Source: an uncultured virus (IMG/VR IMGVR_UViG_3300022700_000186) (taxonomy: Duplodnaviria > Heunggongvirae > Uroviricota > Caudoviricetes). From it: DNA of 20,000 nt. The notes under the pieces were generated by a model, which did no database searches, had not been told where the DNA came from, and was given only the letters and a program-made list of their open reading frames with translations. A program made the translations under genes and the position numbers. Location of the stretch: IMG/VR virus record IMGVR_UViG_3300022700_000186. One strand, given 5' to 3'. This document shows, one piece after another, positions 8,013 through 15,079 of the stretch (its first letter is position 1; each line of letters starts with the position of its first letter).

Positions 8013-8252
8013 ATGATAAAAGAAGAGACAATGAAGAAACTTGATGAATTTGGAGATAAAGAGGAACATATCTTTTCTGCTGAAAGGTATCTTTTGCGTA
8101 ATGTGTTTGATGCAAGCCGTGATTTGGTTCAAGGTTTTCATGATGATGATTTTGCTGATGCTAATGGTGGTATCAACAAGTTGGTTCGTGAACATGAAAT
8201 TGCAGTTGATGAATTGCAGGAATGGATAGATGAAGGATGGAATCCTGATTGA
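8013..8252 (+). CDS. Acidic hypothetical protein
   Basis: ORF track; AAGGT RBS. Confidence 0.7.
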   Translation: MIKEETMKKLDEFGDKEEHIFSAERYLLRNVFDASRDLVQGFHDDDFADANGGINKLVREHEIAVDELQEWIDEGWNPD

Positions 8253-8353
8253 ATAACATCAAACAAGGAGATATAATGAATGAAGATTACAAAAAAGTAA
8301 AAGTAAAGATTGTGAAAAAAAGGAAATTATGAACAGTTTTCAAAAGGGGGACA

Positions 8354-8482
8354 ATGAAAAAGGTTAAGTGTCCACATTGTGGAAAGGAATTTGAGGTTGA
8401 AACAACACCAAGATTAAAACTAAAATTAGACCCTGAAAAAGTATTGAGAAGTTTTGAAGATGATGGATTGATTGAAGAATGA
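8354..8482 (+). CDS. Small protein with a CPHCG knuckle (42 aa)
   Basis: MKKVKCPHCGKEFEVETTPRLKL...; GGGGGA RBS; ATGA overlap. Confidence 0.6.
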   Translation: MKKVKCPHCGKEFEVETTPRLKLKLDPEKVLRSFEDDGLIEE

Positions 8483-8784
8483 GAAATATTTTGATAATGA
8501 TGGTTATTTTGAGTACTTTGATAATTGTTGGTATTTCTTCATTTGATATACAACAATCACAAATATCATTGGAAGCAAATAAAAATTATATTTATGATGA
8601 TGTTTTTTCTACACCCAATGTTCATTATTCAGAAGTGGGATATAGGGTTGAGAGAAGTTTCCCAGATTTTTGGAATATTAAAACTGTATATTCTTATGTC
8701 ATTGCTTCAGATTTTGATGGTGATGATGAGTATTATACAGTTGTCACAGATATAGATTCAATGCAATACAAGGTGATTAAATAA
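8479..8784 (+). CDS. Protein with N-terminal signal/TM anchor
   Basis: ORF track; hydrophobic N-terminus. Confidence 0.7.
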   Translation: MRNILIMMVILSTLIIVGISSFDIQQSQISLEANKNYIYDDVFSTPNVHYSEVGYRVERSFPDFWNIKTVYSYVIASDFDGDDEYYTVVTDIDSMQYKVIK

Positions 8785-8805
8785 AAGGAGCTGAGTAGCA
8801 TAAAA

Positions 8806-9102
8806 TTGAGTGATGGTATGAAAGGATATAAGAAAATTGAAGAACTTGTAGGTACTGAACTGGAAGATTATTCTTATTTTAAAGAATGGGAATTGAATTT
8901 TGAAGAAGAATTTGATAACAAAGAATTTTATTCAGTTGATGTTAAAACAATGGATGGTCGAAAGAAAACCCTCTCTTTTAGATATTTGATTGATTATCAT
9001 AAACTTGAGATTGAAGTAAGTGAAGATTGCTATCATGAAATAAATTATTTTTCTTATAATGTAAAATATTTGTGGATAGCATTACTTTCATGGGACATAT
9101 AA
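8806..9102 (+). CDS. Acidic hypothetical protein
   Basis: ORF track; the true start may be ATG 8818 after GAGTGAT. Confidence 0.7.
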   Translation: MSDGMKGYKKIEELVGTELEDYSYFKEWELNFEEEFDNKEFYSVDVKTMDGRKKTLSFRYLIDYHKLEIEVSEDCYHEINYFSYNVKYLWIALLSWDI

Positions 9103-9166
9103 AGATTATATAGGTGAAATAGAGGAAAAAATCAATGAAAAAATCAAACACTTAAAAGATGATTAG

Positions 9167-9316
9167 ATGAAATTCATAAAAAGATTAATCTGTCGTTTAA
9201 TAGGACACGATTTTGAAATTTATCCACACCCAATAGGTTACTATTCCTATGATGTAGAAAAAGCAGGAATATGCAAACGATGTGGCTATGACACACACGG
9301 AGAGTATGAAAAATAG
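9167..9316 (+). CDS. DUF1660-like small Zn-binding phage protein (49 aa)
   Basis: MKFIKRLICRLIGHDF...CKRCG matches the CxxxGHx...CxRCG pattern. Confidence 0.65.
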   Translation: MKFIKRLICRLIGHDFEIYPHPIGYYSYDVEKAGICKRCGYDTHGEYEK

Positions 9317-9335
9317 AACAGGAGTAAAGAAGAAT

Positions 9336-9680
9336 ATGGGACTATATGATGAAGAATCTGAAAAAAGATACTTAAAATTAGACGAAAAAATAATTATTGC
9401 AGATGTTATTGATTCACCAGATAATGAAATTTGCAGTATTGTTATATCTAAGATAGAAGATGATGAATTAGAATCAATTGGTTACAACAATGAAAAATTT
9501 GAACTAATTAATAGTAGAGGAAAATCTACAGTTAGTTTTCATCCATCCGACTTTAGTAATTTTTATTTTAGTCTTGTAGAGAAACTTTTAGAAGATAGAA
9601 TCGAGCAAGATGAATTAAAAGAAATTCTTGAAGAAATGAGAGAAGAAATAAAAGAGTCACATAACAATTGTATTATTTGA
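9336..9680 (+). CDS. Acidic hypothetical protein
   Basis: ORF-track frame; probable start at ATG 9336 (MGLYDEE). Confidence 0.7.
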   Translation: MGLYDEESEKRYLKLDEKIIIADVIDSPDNEICSIVISKIEDDELESIGYNNEKFELINSRGKSTVSFHPSDFSNFYFSLVEKLLEDRIEQDELKEILEEMREEIKESHNNCII

Positions 9681-9703
9681 TTTTCAGATTAAGGAGTAAT
9701 AAA

Positions 9704-10117
9704 ATGAACCAAGAAAAAACAGTCTTCCAAAAATATTGTTTACATTGCGAATTTACGCATATTTGTGGAAACGATATTGATGAATGTCCAATAGGAAACT
9801 GGGATTGGTACGATAAACAAAAACAGAAAGATTTTGTAATTTGTCCTGTCTGTGACGGAAGAAGAACTATTCCTTCAGACAAATTCAAGATTTGGCTCGT
9901 ATGGGATATATTCAAACCAGATTGGGATGTATCATTAAGAGCAGTTTGTACAGATGAATTAACTGCAAAAAAATACAAGAAAATGATAGAAAAACAACAT
10001 AATAAATTTAACAATACTGATAAATTTATTGTTGAAATAGAAAAGACAGAAACAAATCATTGTCATGGTTTCTTATCTTTAAAAAGAACAGGAGAAACAC
10101 CTGATATGGAGAAGTAA
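9704..10117 (+). CDS. Cys-rich hypothetical protein
   Basis: CLHC...C...C and CPVCDG; start at ATG 9704 after AAGGAG. Confidence 0.7.
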   Translation: MNQEKTVFQKYCLHCEFTHICGNDIDECPIGNWDWYDKQKQKDFVICPVCDGRRTIPSDKFKIWLVWDIFKPDWDVSLRAVCTDELTAKKYKKMIEKQHNKFNNTDKFIVEIEKTETNHCHGFLSLKRTGETPDMEK

Positions 10118-10121
10118 GAAA

Positions 10122-10301
10122 ATGAAAGCAAAACAAAAACAAATACTAATAGGAATAATATCTTGTGCAATAATCTTCATATTATCGATGTTCATCATTC
10201 CGTATCCAGCAAATATCATGATGATGTTAGGTTGTTTTCTTGTTATTATGTCTGGCATAATCGCATTAAAAAGAAATATAAAAGAGGAAAATAGAAAATG
10301 A
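10122..10301 (+). CDS. Small two-TM membrane protein (59 aa)
   Basis: MKAKQKQILIGIISCAIIFILSMFIIPYPANIMMMLGCFLVIMSGIIALK...; ATGA overlap. Confidence 0.65.
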   Translation: MKAKQKQILIGIISCAIIFILSMFIIPYPANIMMMLGCFLVIMSGIIALKRNIKEENRK

Positions 10302-10696
10302 AAATAACAAAAGAGTATCTCCGTTCTCACCCAAACGAAATCTTTGTCTACGGTGATAATGTAATCCGTCAAGGACACGGTGGAGCAGCAAAACTCAGAG
10401 ACGAACCTAACACCTATGGATTCATTACCAAAATCCGACCAAACAATCATCCTACATCATTCTTCACAAAATCAGAATACAAGAAAGTCCTTGACATGGA
10501 AATAACAAAACTTGAACAGTTCATATTCTACCGACCATTCAGTTTTGAAATAGACCGTTTTCTCATATCACCAGTCGGGTCAGGATTAGCAAACAAACAT
10601 GGTATATGGGAACTCATAGAACCACGATTGAAAATGTTGAAGAAATATGACTCAAGCGATAAAAGAATAGTCCTTTTATGGGAAGATGAAATATGA
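10298..10696 (+). CDS. Conserved phage protein of the IFVxGxN...GxGGxA family (possible Macro-like fold)
   Basis: IFVYGDN-x4-GHGGAA-x-LR-x-EPN-x-YGFITK and VGSGLA motifs; the fold assignment is an inference. Confidence 0.6.
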   Translation: MKITKEYLRSHPNEIFVYGDNVIRQGHGGAAKLRDEPNTYGFITKIRPNNHPTSFFTKSEYKKVLDMEITKLEQFIFYRPFSFEIDRFLISPVGSGLANKHGIWELIEPRLKMLKKYDSSDKRIVLLWEDEI

Positions 10697-10983
10697 TAAT
10701 AAATATTAAACATTTAAATAAAAAGGTAGAACTCACTGCTGAGTGGCAACACATCTACGATGACCTTTATGCAAAGGATGATGGTGAAGGTAATATTATT
10801 GTTGGTGAAAGAAAACCAGAAACAAAATCATATGTAATTGATTTCGACCTACTTGAAGAATTATTAGAAGTCGAAGGTAAAATAAAATACATCAAATTAA
10901 GAGAAGATTATCGTGATTTTATTGTCGTTACAACCACAGACCAAGAAATTATAGATGAAATAGAAAGGAGAGAATATGACTAA
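10693..10983 (+). CDS. Hypothetical protein
   Basis: ORF track; ATGA coupling. Confidence 0.7.
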   Translation: MIINIKHLNKKVELTAEWQHIYDDLYAKDDGEGNIIVGERKPETKSYVIDFDLLEELLEVEGKIKYIKLREDYRDFIVVTTTDQEIIDEIERREYD

Positions 10984-11053
10984 TCTAATATCTCATATAT
11001 TGGAAAACCCAGAGTTGATAGAATGATTTGGATATCAAAAAGGAGAATGAGAA

Positions 11054-11188
11054 ATGTTTAAAAGATTAAAAAACAAAATCAACAATTGGTTGAATAAAGA
11101 AGAAGAATATCTAAATCAAGCAATCGCAAGTAAGTACCGTCAAGAATTCAAAAAACAATGTCCATTTCTTTTCAAAGATGATGAGTAA
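11054..11188 (+). CDS. Small hypothetical protein (44 aa)
   Basis: MFKRLKNKINNWLNKEEEY...; AAGGAG RBS. Confidence 0.5.
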   Translation: MFKRLKNKINNWLNKEEEYLNQAIASKYRQEFKKQCPFLFKDDE

Positions 11189-11189
11189 A

Positions 11190-11378
11190 ATGCATGGTAT
11201 TAAAATCAAGAGCGGAGTGAACAACTGCCACTGGAATATCAAAGGAAAGTGTACGAATCCAAAAGTAACCAGAAATAACATTTCAGATACATATTCACGA
11301 GATTGGGAAAGTAGACAAAACTGTACCTTAACTATTATGGGAGTTCATCTTTGTAGCAAATATCAACCAGAAAAATGA
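11190..11378 (+). CDS. Small Cys-containing protein
   Basis: NNCHWNIKGKCTNP...C...C; probable start at ATG 11190. Confidence 0.6.
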   Translation: MHGIKIKSGVNNCHWNIKGKCTNPKVTRNNISDTYSRDWESRQNCTLTIMGVHLCSKYQPEK

Positions 11379-11387
11379 GGTAAGAAT

Positions 11388-11522
11388 ATGAGAAATCTTG
11401 TAAAAAGAAAAAAAGGATTAATGAGTGACCCACTTGTTAAAAAAAGTAACAAAAAATCACTTTACCGAACAGCCCGAGAAGACATTGACAAAAAATTCAA
11501 AAAGAAGAGGAAAAAGAAATGA
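11388..11522 (+). CDS. Small very basic protein (44 aa)
   Basis: MRNLVKRKKGLMSDPLVKK...; GAGGT RBS; ATGA overlap. Confidence 0.55.
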   Translation: MRNLVKRKKGLMSDPLVKKSNKKSLYRTAREDIDKKFKKKRKKK

Positions 11523-11653
11523 GTATATTCAGTTTATTCAAACCAAAAAAAGTGTTCATAATGCCTTGCCCTCACTGTGGTTGTATAGATGAATACTATG
11601 ATGGCGAGAACACTTGTAAAAAATGTAACAACACATTCAACATCAAAAGTTAA
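11519..11653 (+). CDS. Small Zn-ribbon protein (44 aa)
   Basis: CPHCG...CKKC; followed by a TTTTTCTT tract. Confidence 0.65.
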   Translation: MSIFSLFKPKKVFIMPCPHCGCIDEYYDGENTCKKCNNTFNIKS

Positions 11654-11674
11654 TTTTTCTTCCAAAGCCTTAAA

Positions 11675-11730
11675 TTTAACGAAACTTTTATATACCATAA
11701 AGTATATACATTTTATTGGTGATTGAAAAT
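11675..11730 (+). promoter_or_regulatory. Archaeal promoter/leader B, twin of promoter A
   Basis: CGAAAC-TTTTATATA; perfect dyad TATATAC-N6-GTATATA (11689-11708); GGTGATTGAAA RBS. Confidence 0.8.
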
Positions 11731-12810
11731 ATGACCACAGAAAAACGGAGCAACTTTTCCCTCAAGGAATTGGCGGAGGAGTTGGAAAGGCAGAAACACT
11801 CACGATACGACATCGTAGTCCCCACAGATAAATTGCTCGTTCTTAGAGACGGTAACACCATTAAAATGGATGTTCCTCAACTAGATGGTAATATCAAACA
11901 ACATGGTATTACAGACTGGGCTCATGGGCAGATAGCAAATAAAACAGGAATACCAAAAAAGTATTACGACAAAATGCGTGAAAAAGGTAAACTTGATTTA
12001 CTTGCAAAAAACATTAACACTTGGATGCCCGACCGAGAAAAACGTATGGTACGAGTTCTTGATAACAAAGTACGAGCGTTACTTTCGGATAGATACCGAG
12101 TAATTGATAACTACGATATTCTGTATCTTACACTCAAAAAATTCCGAGAACTCGGTAACAAACGCAACCTTAGCATCAACGTTCTTTCACAGAACCTTAC
12201 CCCGACTAACCTGTATATCAAAGCTACAAGTCCCGATTTATCAGGACAGGTAATGAAATACAAAGGAGAAACCGAACCAGTCGAAGGTGGTTTGATTATT
12301 CAGAACTCCGAGGTCGGAGCAGGTAGTTTTCAGGTTAAACCATTTATCAATGTTTTAGTTTGCACTAACGGTTTAATCAGTGAACAATCATTCAAAAAAG
12401 TCCACATCGGTCGAAGCCTTGGTGAAGGATTCGTTGATTGGAGCAACGATACACTCCGACTTGAAGACGAAGCACTTTGGTCAAAAATCAACGATATGAT
12501 TAGTTCTACATTCAAACCCGAAATATTCCAGAAATGGTTGGATGAAATCAACGATGTTTCTACTACTGAAGTTCCGAAACCAACCAAAGCTGTTGATAAC
12601 ATTATCAAACACTACAATGTTGATAAAGGTTTGAAAGATGATTTACTCGACCAGTTCACAAAACAAGCACCAACACAATGGGGCATGAGCATGGCAGTAA
12701 CACGAATTGCACAAAACGTTGATTCATACGAGAAACAAATCGAAATGGAGAAAATCGGTTCTGAACTTCTGAAAAAGAAAGCAACAAAAATTCTTACGGT
12801 TGATGAATAA
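11731..12810 (+). CDS. DUF932/DUF945-like phage/plasmid protein
   Basis: RALLSDRY-x-IDNYDIL and GLIIQNSEVGAGSFQVKPFINVLVCTNGLI signature; start at ATG 11731 after GGTGAT. Confidence 0.85.
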   Translation: MTTEKRSNFSLKELAEELERQKHSRYDIVVPTDKLLVLRDGNTIKMDVPQLDGNIKQHGITDWAHGQIANKTGIPKKYYDKMREKGKLDLLAKNINTWMPDREKRMVRVLDNKVRALLSDRYRVIDNYDILYLTLKKFRELGNKRNLSINVLSQNLTPTNLYIKATSPDLSGQVMKYKGETEPVEGGLIIQNSEVGAGSFQVKPFINVLVCTNGLISEQSFKKVHIGRSLGEGFVDWSNDTLRLEDEALWSKINDMISSTFKPEIFQKWLDEINDVSTTEVPKPTKAVDNIIKHYNVDKGLKDDLLDQFTKQAPTQWGMSMAVTRIAQNVDSYEKQIEMEKIGSELLKKKATKILTVDE

Positions 12811-12830
12811 TCAACCATTTTTATTTCTTT
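12798..12830 (+). terminator. Hairpin over the stop codon followed by a T-rich tract
   Basis: GGTTGAT-gaata-ATCAACC is a 7-bp stem, followed by ATTTTTATTTCTTT. Confidence 0.5.
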
Positions 12831-12846
12831 ATAGGAGCATGAAAAT

Positions 12847-13317
12847 ATGAGCACAAGAAGTCAAGTAATTATAAAAGATGCATATGATGAACAATGGTTT
12901 TACCGACATTCTGATGGATACCCTTCAGGAAATCTACCACAACTCCAAAAACTAATCAAATGGTATGATGAGGGATTAATCAGAGATAACGTTGAACAGT
13001 CAGCAGGTTGGCTTATCCTAATCGGAGCACGAGAATACGACCATTATCATGAATTCGAAAACGGAAAAGTACGAAAAATCCCAAAAGATGATATCTGCAA
13101 ACCGTCAAAGAAAGACTTATCATCATGGAAATGTGGTTCTTACGAAATTTCCGTTCCTCGAGAACATGGTGATATTGAATATCTTTACATTATCAATATC
13201 GAAGATAAAACACTAACTATCAAAAGAATGTACGATTCAATTGAAAAAACACTATCATGGAAAGAAATCATCAACATGAGTGAAGAAGACTTTAACAAAC
13301 TCGATGGGGGATTATAA
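12847..13317 (+). CDS. Conserved phage hypothetical protein (MSTRS...YxHxDGYP...HGDIEYLY family)
   Basis: Recognisable motif set; AGGAG RBS. Confidence 0.75.
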   Translation: MSTRSQVIIKDAYDEQWFYRHSDGYPSGNLPQLQKLIKWYDEGLIRDNVEQSAGWLILIGAREYDHYHEFENGKVRKIPKDDICKPSKKDLSSWKCGSYEISVPREHGDIEYLYIINIEDKTLTIKRMYDSIEKTLSWKEIINMSEEDFNKLDGGL

Positions 13318-13318
13318 T

Positions 13319-13828
13319 ATGAATGATGGATATATCCAATCAAAACAACGTGAACTTGATGACAAGCTGAATACCATGTTATCGAAAATCGAAATTCTTG
13401 AAAAGAAAACGGAAAACATCGATGAAAAATATGAGCAAATCAATCAACTTCTTGATAGTATCAAAAAGGAAAATAAACACCGAGATAATATCAAACATGA
13501 ACTCGAAAAGGAAACAAAACAAATCATCAATGAAATGGTACCAAAGGTTCAAAATAAAATAAGCAATAGGATTGATAAGAAATTCGATAAACATGAAGAT
13601 TACTTTAATGATAGATTAGGGGATATGCATAAATCAACTACAATGTTGGTAGATGAAACAAAAAGTCTGCTCCAAGCAAAACTTCAGTTAACAGTGCTTT
13701 CTTACCTTCTATACAAACAGGGTATCATTGATAGAAAGGAATTTCACTTAATAGAAAAAATGGATAACGTAAAAGTAACAAAGAACAAAAAAGTAATGGA
13801 TATACTAACCGAAATAAAGAGAATGTAA
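13319..13828 (+). CDS. Coiled-coil hypothetical protein
   Basis: Heptad-like charged sequence; probable start at ATG 13319 after GGGGGA. Confidence 0.75.
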   Translation: MNDGYIQSKQRELDDKLNTMLSKIEILEKKTENIDEKYEQINQLLDSIKKENKHRDNIKHELEKETKQIINEMVPKVQNKISNRIDKKFDKHEDYFNDRLGDMHKSTTMLVDETKSLLQAKLQLTVLSYLLYKQGIIDRKEFHLIEKMDNVKVTKNKKVMDILTEIKRM

Positions 13829-13905
13829 TTGGTGGAAAGGAAGTATGTTTGGTAATTTTTTCATCCCATCCTTAAAAATAGAATATACTTCCCCACAAAC
13901 AATTA
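13826..13905 (+). ncRNA. BHB element 1: predicted splicing-endonuclease substrate, excisable RNA 13838-13898
   Basis: TAATTG-GTGG-AAA-GGAAGTATGTTT ... GAATATACTTCC-CCAC-AAA-CAATTA: 6-bp outer stem, 4-bp central helix, two 3-nt bulges, 12-bp inner stem (2 G-U pairs). Confidence 0.7.
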
Positions 13906-13916
13906 GGTGATAACAA

Positions 13917-14300
13917 ATGAAAATAGCAAACCCAGATAGAGGCTGGCAAAAGTTCCATGATGATATAAAAAAGAAACGGAATAAAAACAAATCCGAACAT
14001 CGTAAACTGCCAACATACGAATCCATTGAATCATACACACCGCAACACCAATCAACACACCAATCACAACCATATCAAACACTACCGCAATCTCCAACAG
14101 TGAACTACAATATCAACCCACCTCAAACCACACAGGGCAACGTCAATGAAAACAAACCAGGACTAGGGTTAATTATCGGATTACTAATTGTTGTTGTTTT
14201 CCTTGCGTTTCTGTTTCAACCAGAGCAAACCATGAACGTATTCCAAACAATCTTTGAACGAATATCAAATTTCTGGTACACAATTAAAGGAGCGATGTAA
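13917..14300 (+). CDS. Membrane-anchored protein with a P/Q/T-rich linker
   Basis: AGGTGAT RBS; basic N-terminus, low-complexity linker, TM helix near the C-terminus. Confidence 0.8.
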   Translation: MKIANPDRGWQKFHDDIKKKRNKNKSEHRKLPTYESIESYTPQHQSTHQSQPYQTLPQSPTVNYNINPPQTTQGNVNENKPGLGLIIGLLIVVVFLAFLFQPEQTMNVFQTIFERISNFWYTIKGAM

Positions 14301-14572
14301 TGTCAAAAATAAAAGTACACGAAAAAGATTGCATCAACCGATTAGGAAAACCTTACACCCATGTACATCGCTTCCTTGACCAATACGCAAAACAGTATCA
14401 CGGTTCAAAACGCCATAGAAAACATTTACATAACAAAAAAGGATTATCAATAATAAAAAATAAATGGGGACAGAAAGCATACCAAGCTGGAAAAATCCAT
14501 TTATGGCGAGACCGAAAGGAGAACAGTAGAGACTACATTATGGCATGGGGAAAGAAGTTTGGTATGTTATAG
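14300..14572 (+). CDS. His-rich DUF6915-like protein
   Basis: H...VHRFLD...RHRKHLH...G...IHL-x2-D pattern; TAATG coupling. Confidence 0.6.
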   Translation: MSKIKVHEKDCINRLGKPYTHVHRFLDQYAKQYHGSKRHRKHLHNKKGLSIIKNKWGQKAYQAGKIHLWRDRKENSRDYIMAWGKKFGML

Positions 14573-14660
14573 GTGCAGATAGGTAGATGATTGAGTTGTG
14601 GGGTTCCGTTTCAATCACCAAATCCTATTTTTTTATCATCTATCCTGCAAAACCTTTAAT
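14566..14660 (+). ncRNA. BHB element 2: predicted splicing-endonuclease substrate, excisable RNA 14581-14650
   Basis: AGGT-GCAG-ATA-GGTAGATGAT ... ATCATCTATC-CTGC-AAA-ACCT: outer stem, 4-bp central helix, two 3-nt bulges, 10-bp inner stem (1 G-U pair). Confidence 0.7.
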
Positions 14661-14671
14661 ATTAAATTTTT

Positions 14672-14686
14672 GAAAACCTTTAAATA
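14672..14686 (+). promoter_or_regulatory. Archaeal BRE-TATA promoter
   Basis: GAAAACC-TTTAAATA; an AAAACCTTTAA copy also lies 24 nt upstream (14649-14659). Confidence 0.6.
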
Positions 14687-14708
14687 AAAAAAGGTACATT
14701 ATGATAGT

Positions 14709-14918
14709 ATCGGAAAAAAGAAGCGAAAACCAAGAGCAAAAATCGGTCCTATTTCAGGAAAGCGTCTTTACACTGCTGAACAGTATCTTAGAATGCCAGA
14801 ATACGAAATCAAAGGCAAACTCAAAAGAGATATAGATGAAATCGAAAGAAAATTCCAGAAACAACAAAAGAAGTTAAAACAAAAATGTAAATCAAAAAAG
14901 AAAAAGAAGTGGTTATAA
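14709..14918 (+). CDS. Basic protein, possible non-AUG (ATC) leaderless start
   Basis: Frame (I)GKKKRKPRAKIGPISGKRLYTAEQYLRMPEYEIKGKLKRDIDEIERKF...KWL* ends in TAATG coupling. The first ATG is at 14793; ATC 14709 is 30 nt after the TATA start. Confidence 0.5.
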   Translation: MGKKKRKPRAKIGPISGKRLYTAEQYLRMPEYEIKGKLKRDIDEIERKFQKQQKKLKQKCKSKKKKKWL

Positions 14919-15079
14919 TGAGAAAATATCTTTTTAGCTTTGGTTCTATTCTATCAGTCATCGGTGCATTAGGAATGTTCATGGTTAAGACAGCAACTAT
15001 GATGCTTGCTCCTTTTATCATTCTTTTAGTAGGATTATTCGCAATATCATTTGGTGGTGATGATTATCGGATTAGCTGA
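14918..15079 (+). CDS. Small two-TM membrane protein (53 aa)
   Basis: MRKYLFSFGSILSVIGALGMFMVKTATMMLAPFIILLVGLFAISFGGDDYRIS*. Confidence 0.6.
   Translation: MRKYLFSFGSILSVIGALGMFMVKTATMMLAPFIILLVGLFAISFGGDDYRIS

Noticed and set aside
3400..8755. Alternative + frame ORFs 3400-3588, 8041-8229 and 8525-8755
   Set aside because: Each is fully nested in a better-supported gene.
13826..14660. Intron-containing or split tRNA genes, or C/D box sRNAs, as the explanation for the BHB motifs
   Set aside because: The flanks are coding ends and RBS/promoter sequence with no cloverleaf arms or GTTCRA T-loop, and no C box/D box pair (RTGATGA plus CTGA) lies within the predicted excised RNAs.
13826..14660. 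BHB splicing that fuses two ORFs (cbf5-type mRNA intron)
   Set aside because: In both elements the upstream stop codon lies 5' of the predicted cut site, so splicing would not extend the upstream reading frame.
14701..14835. ATG-started 44-aa ORF (MIVSEKRSENQ...)
   Set aside because: The ATG is only 22 nt from the TATA start and the ORF is not coupled to the next gene. The alternative frame ending in TAATG at 14916-14920 fits better, although this ORF is not formally excluded.
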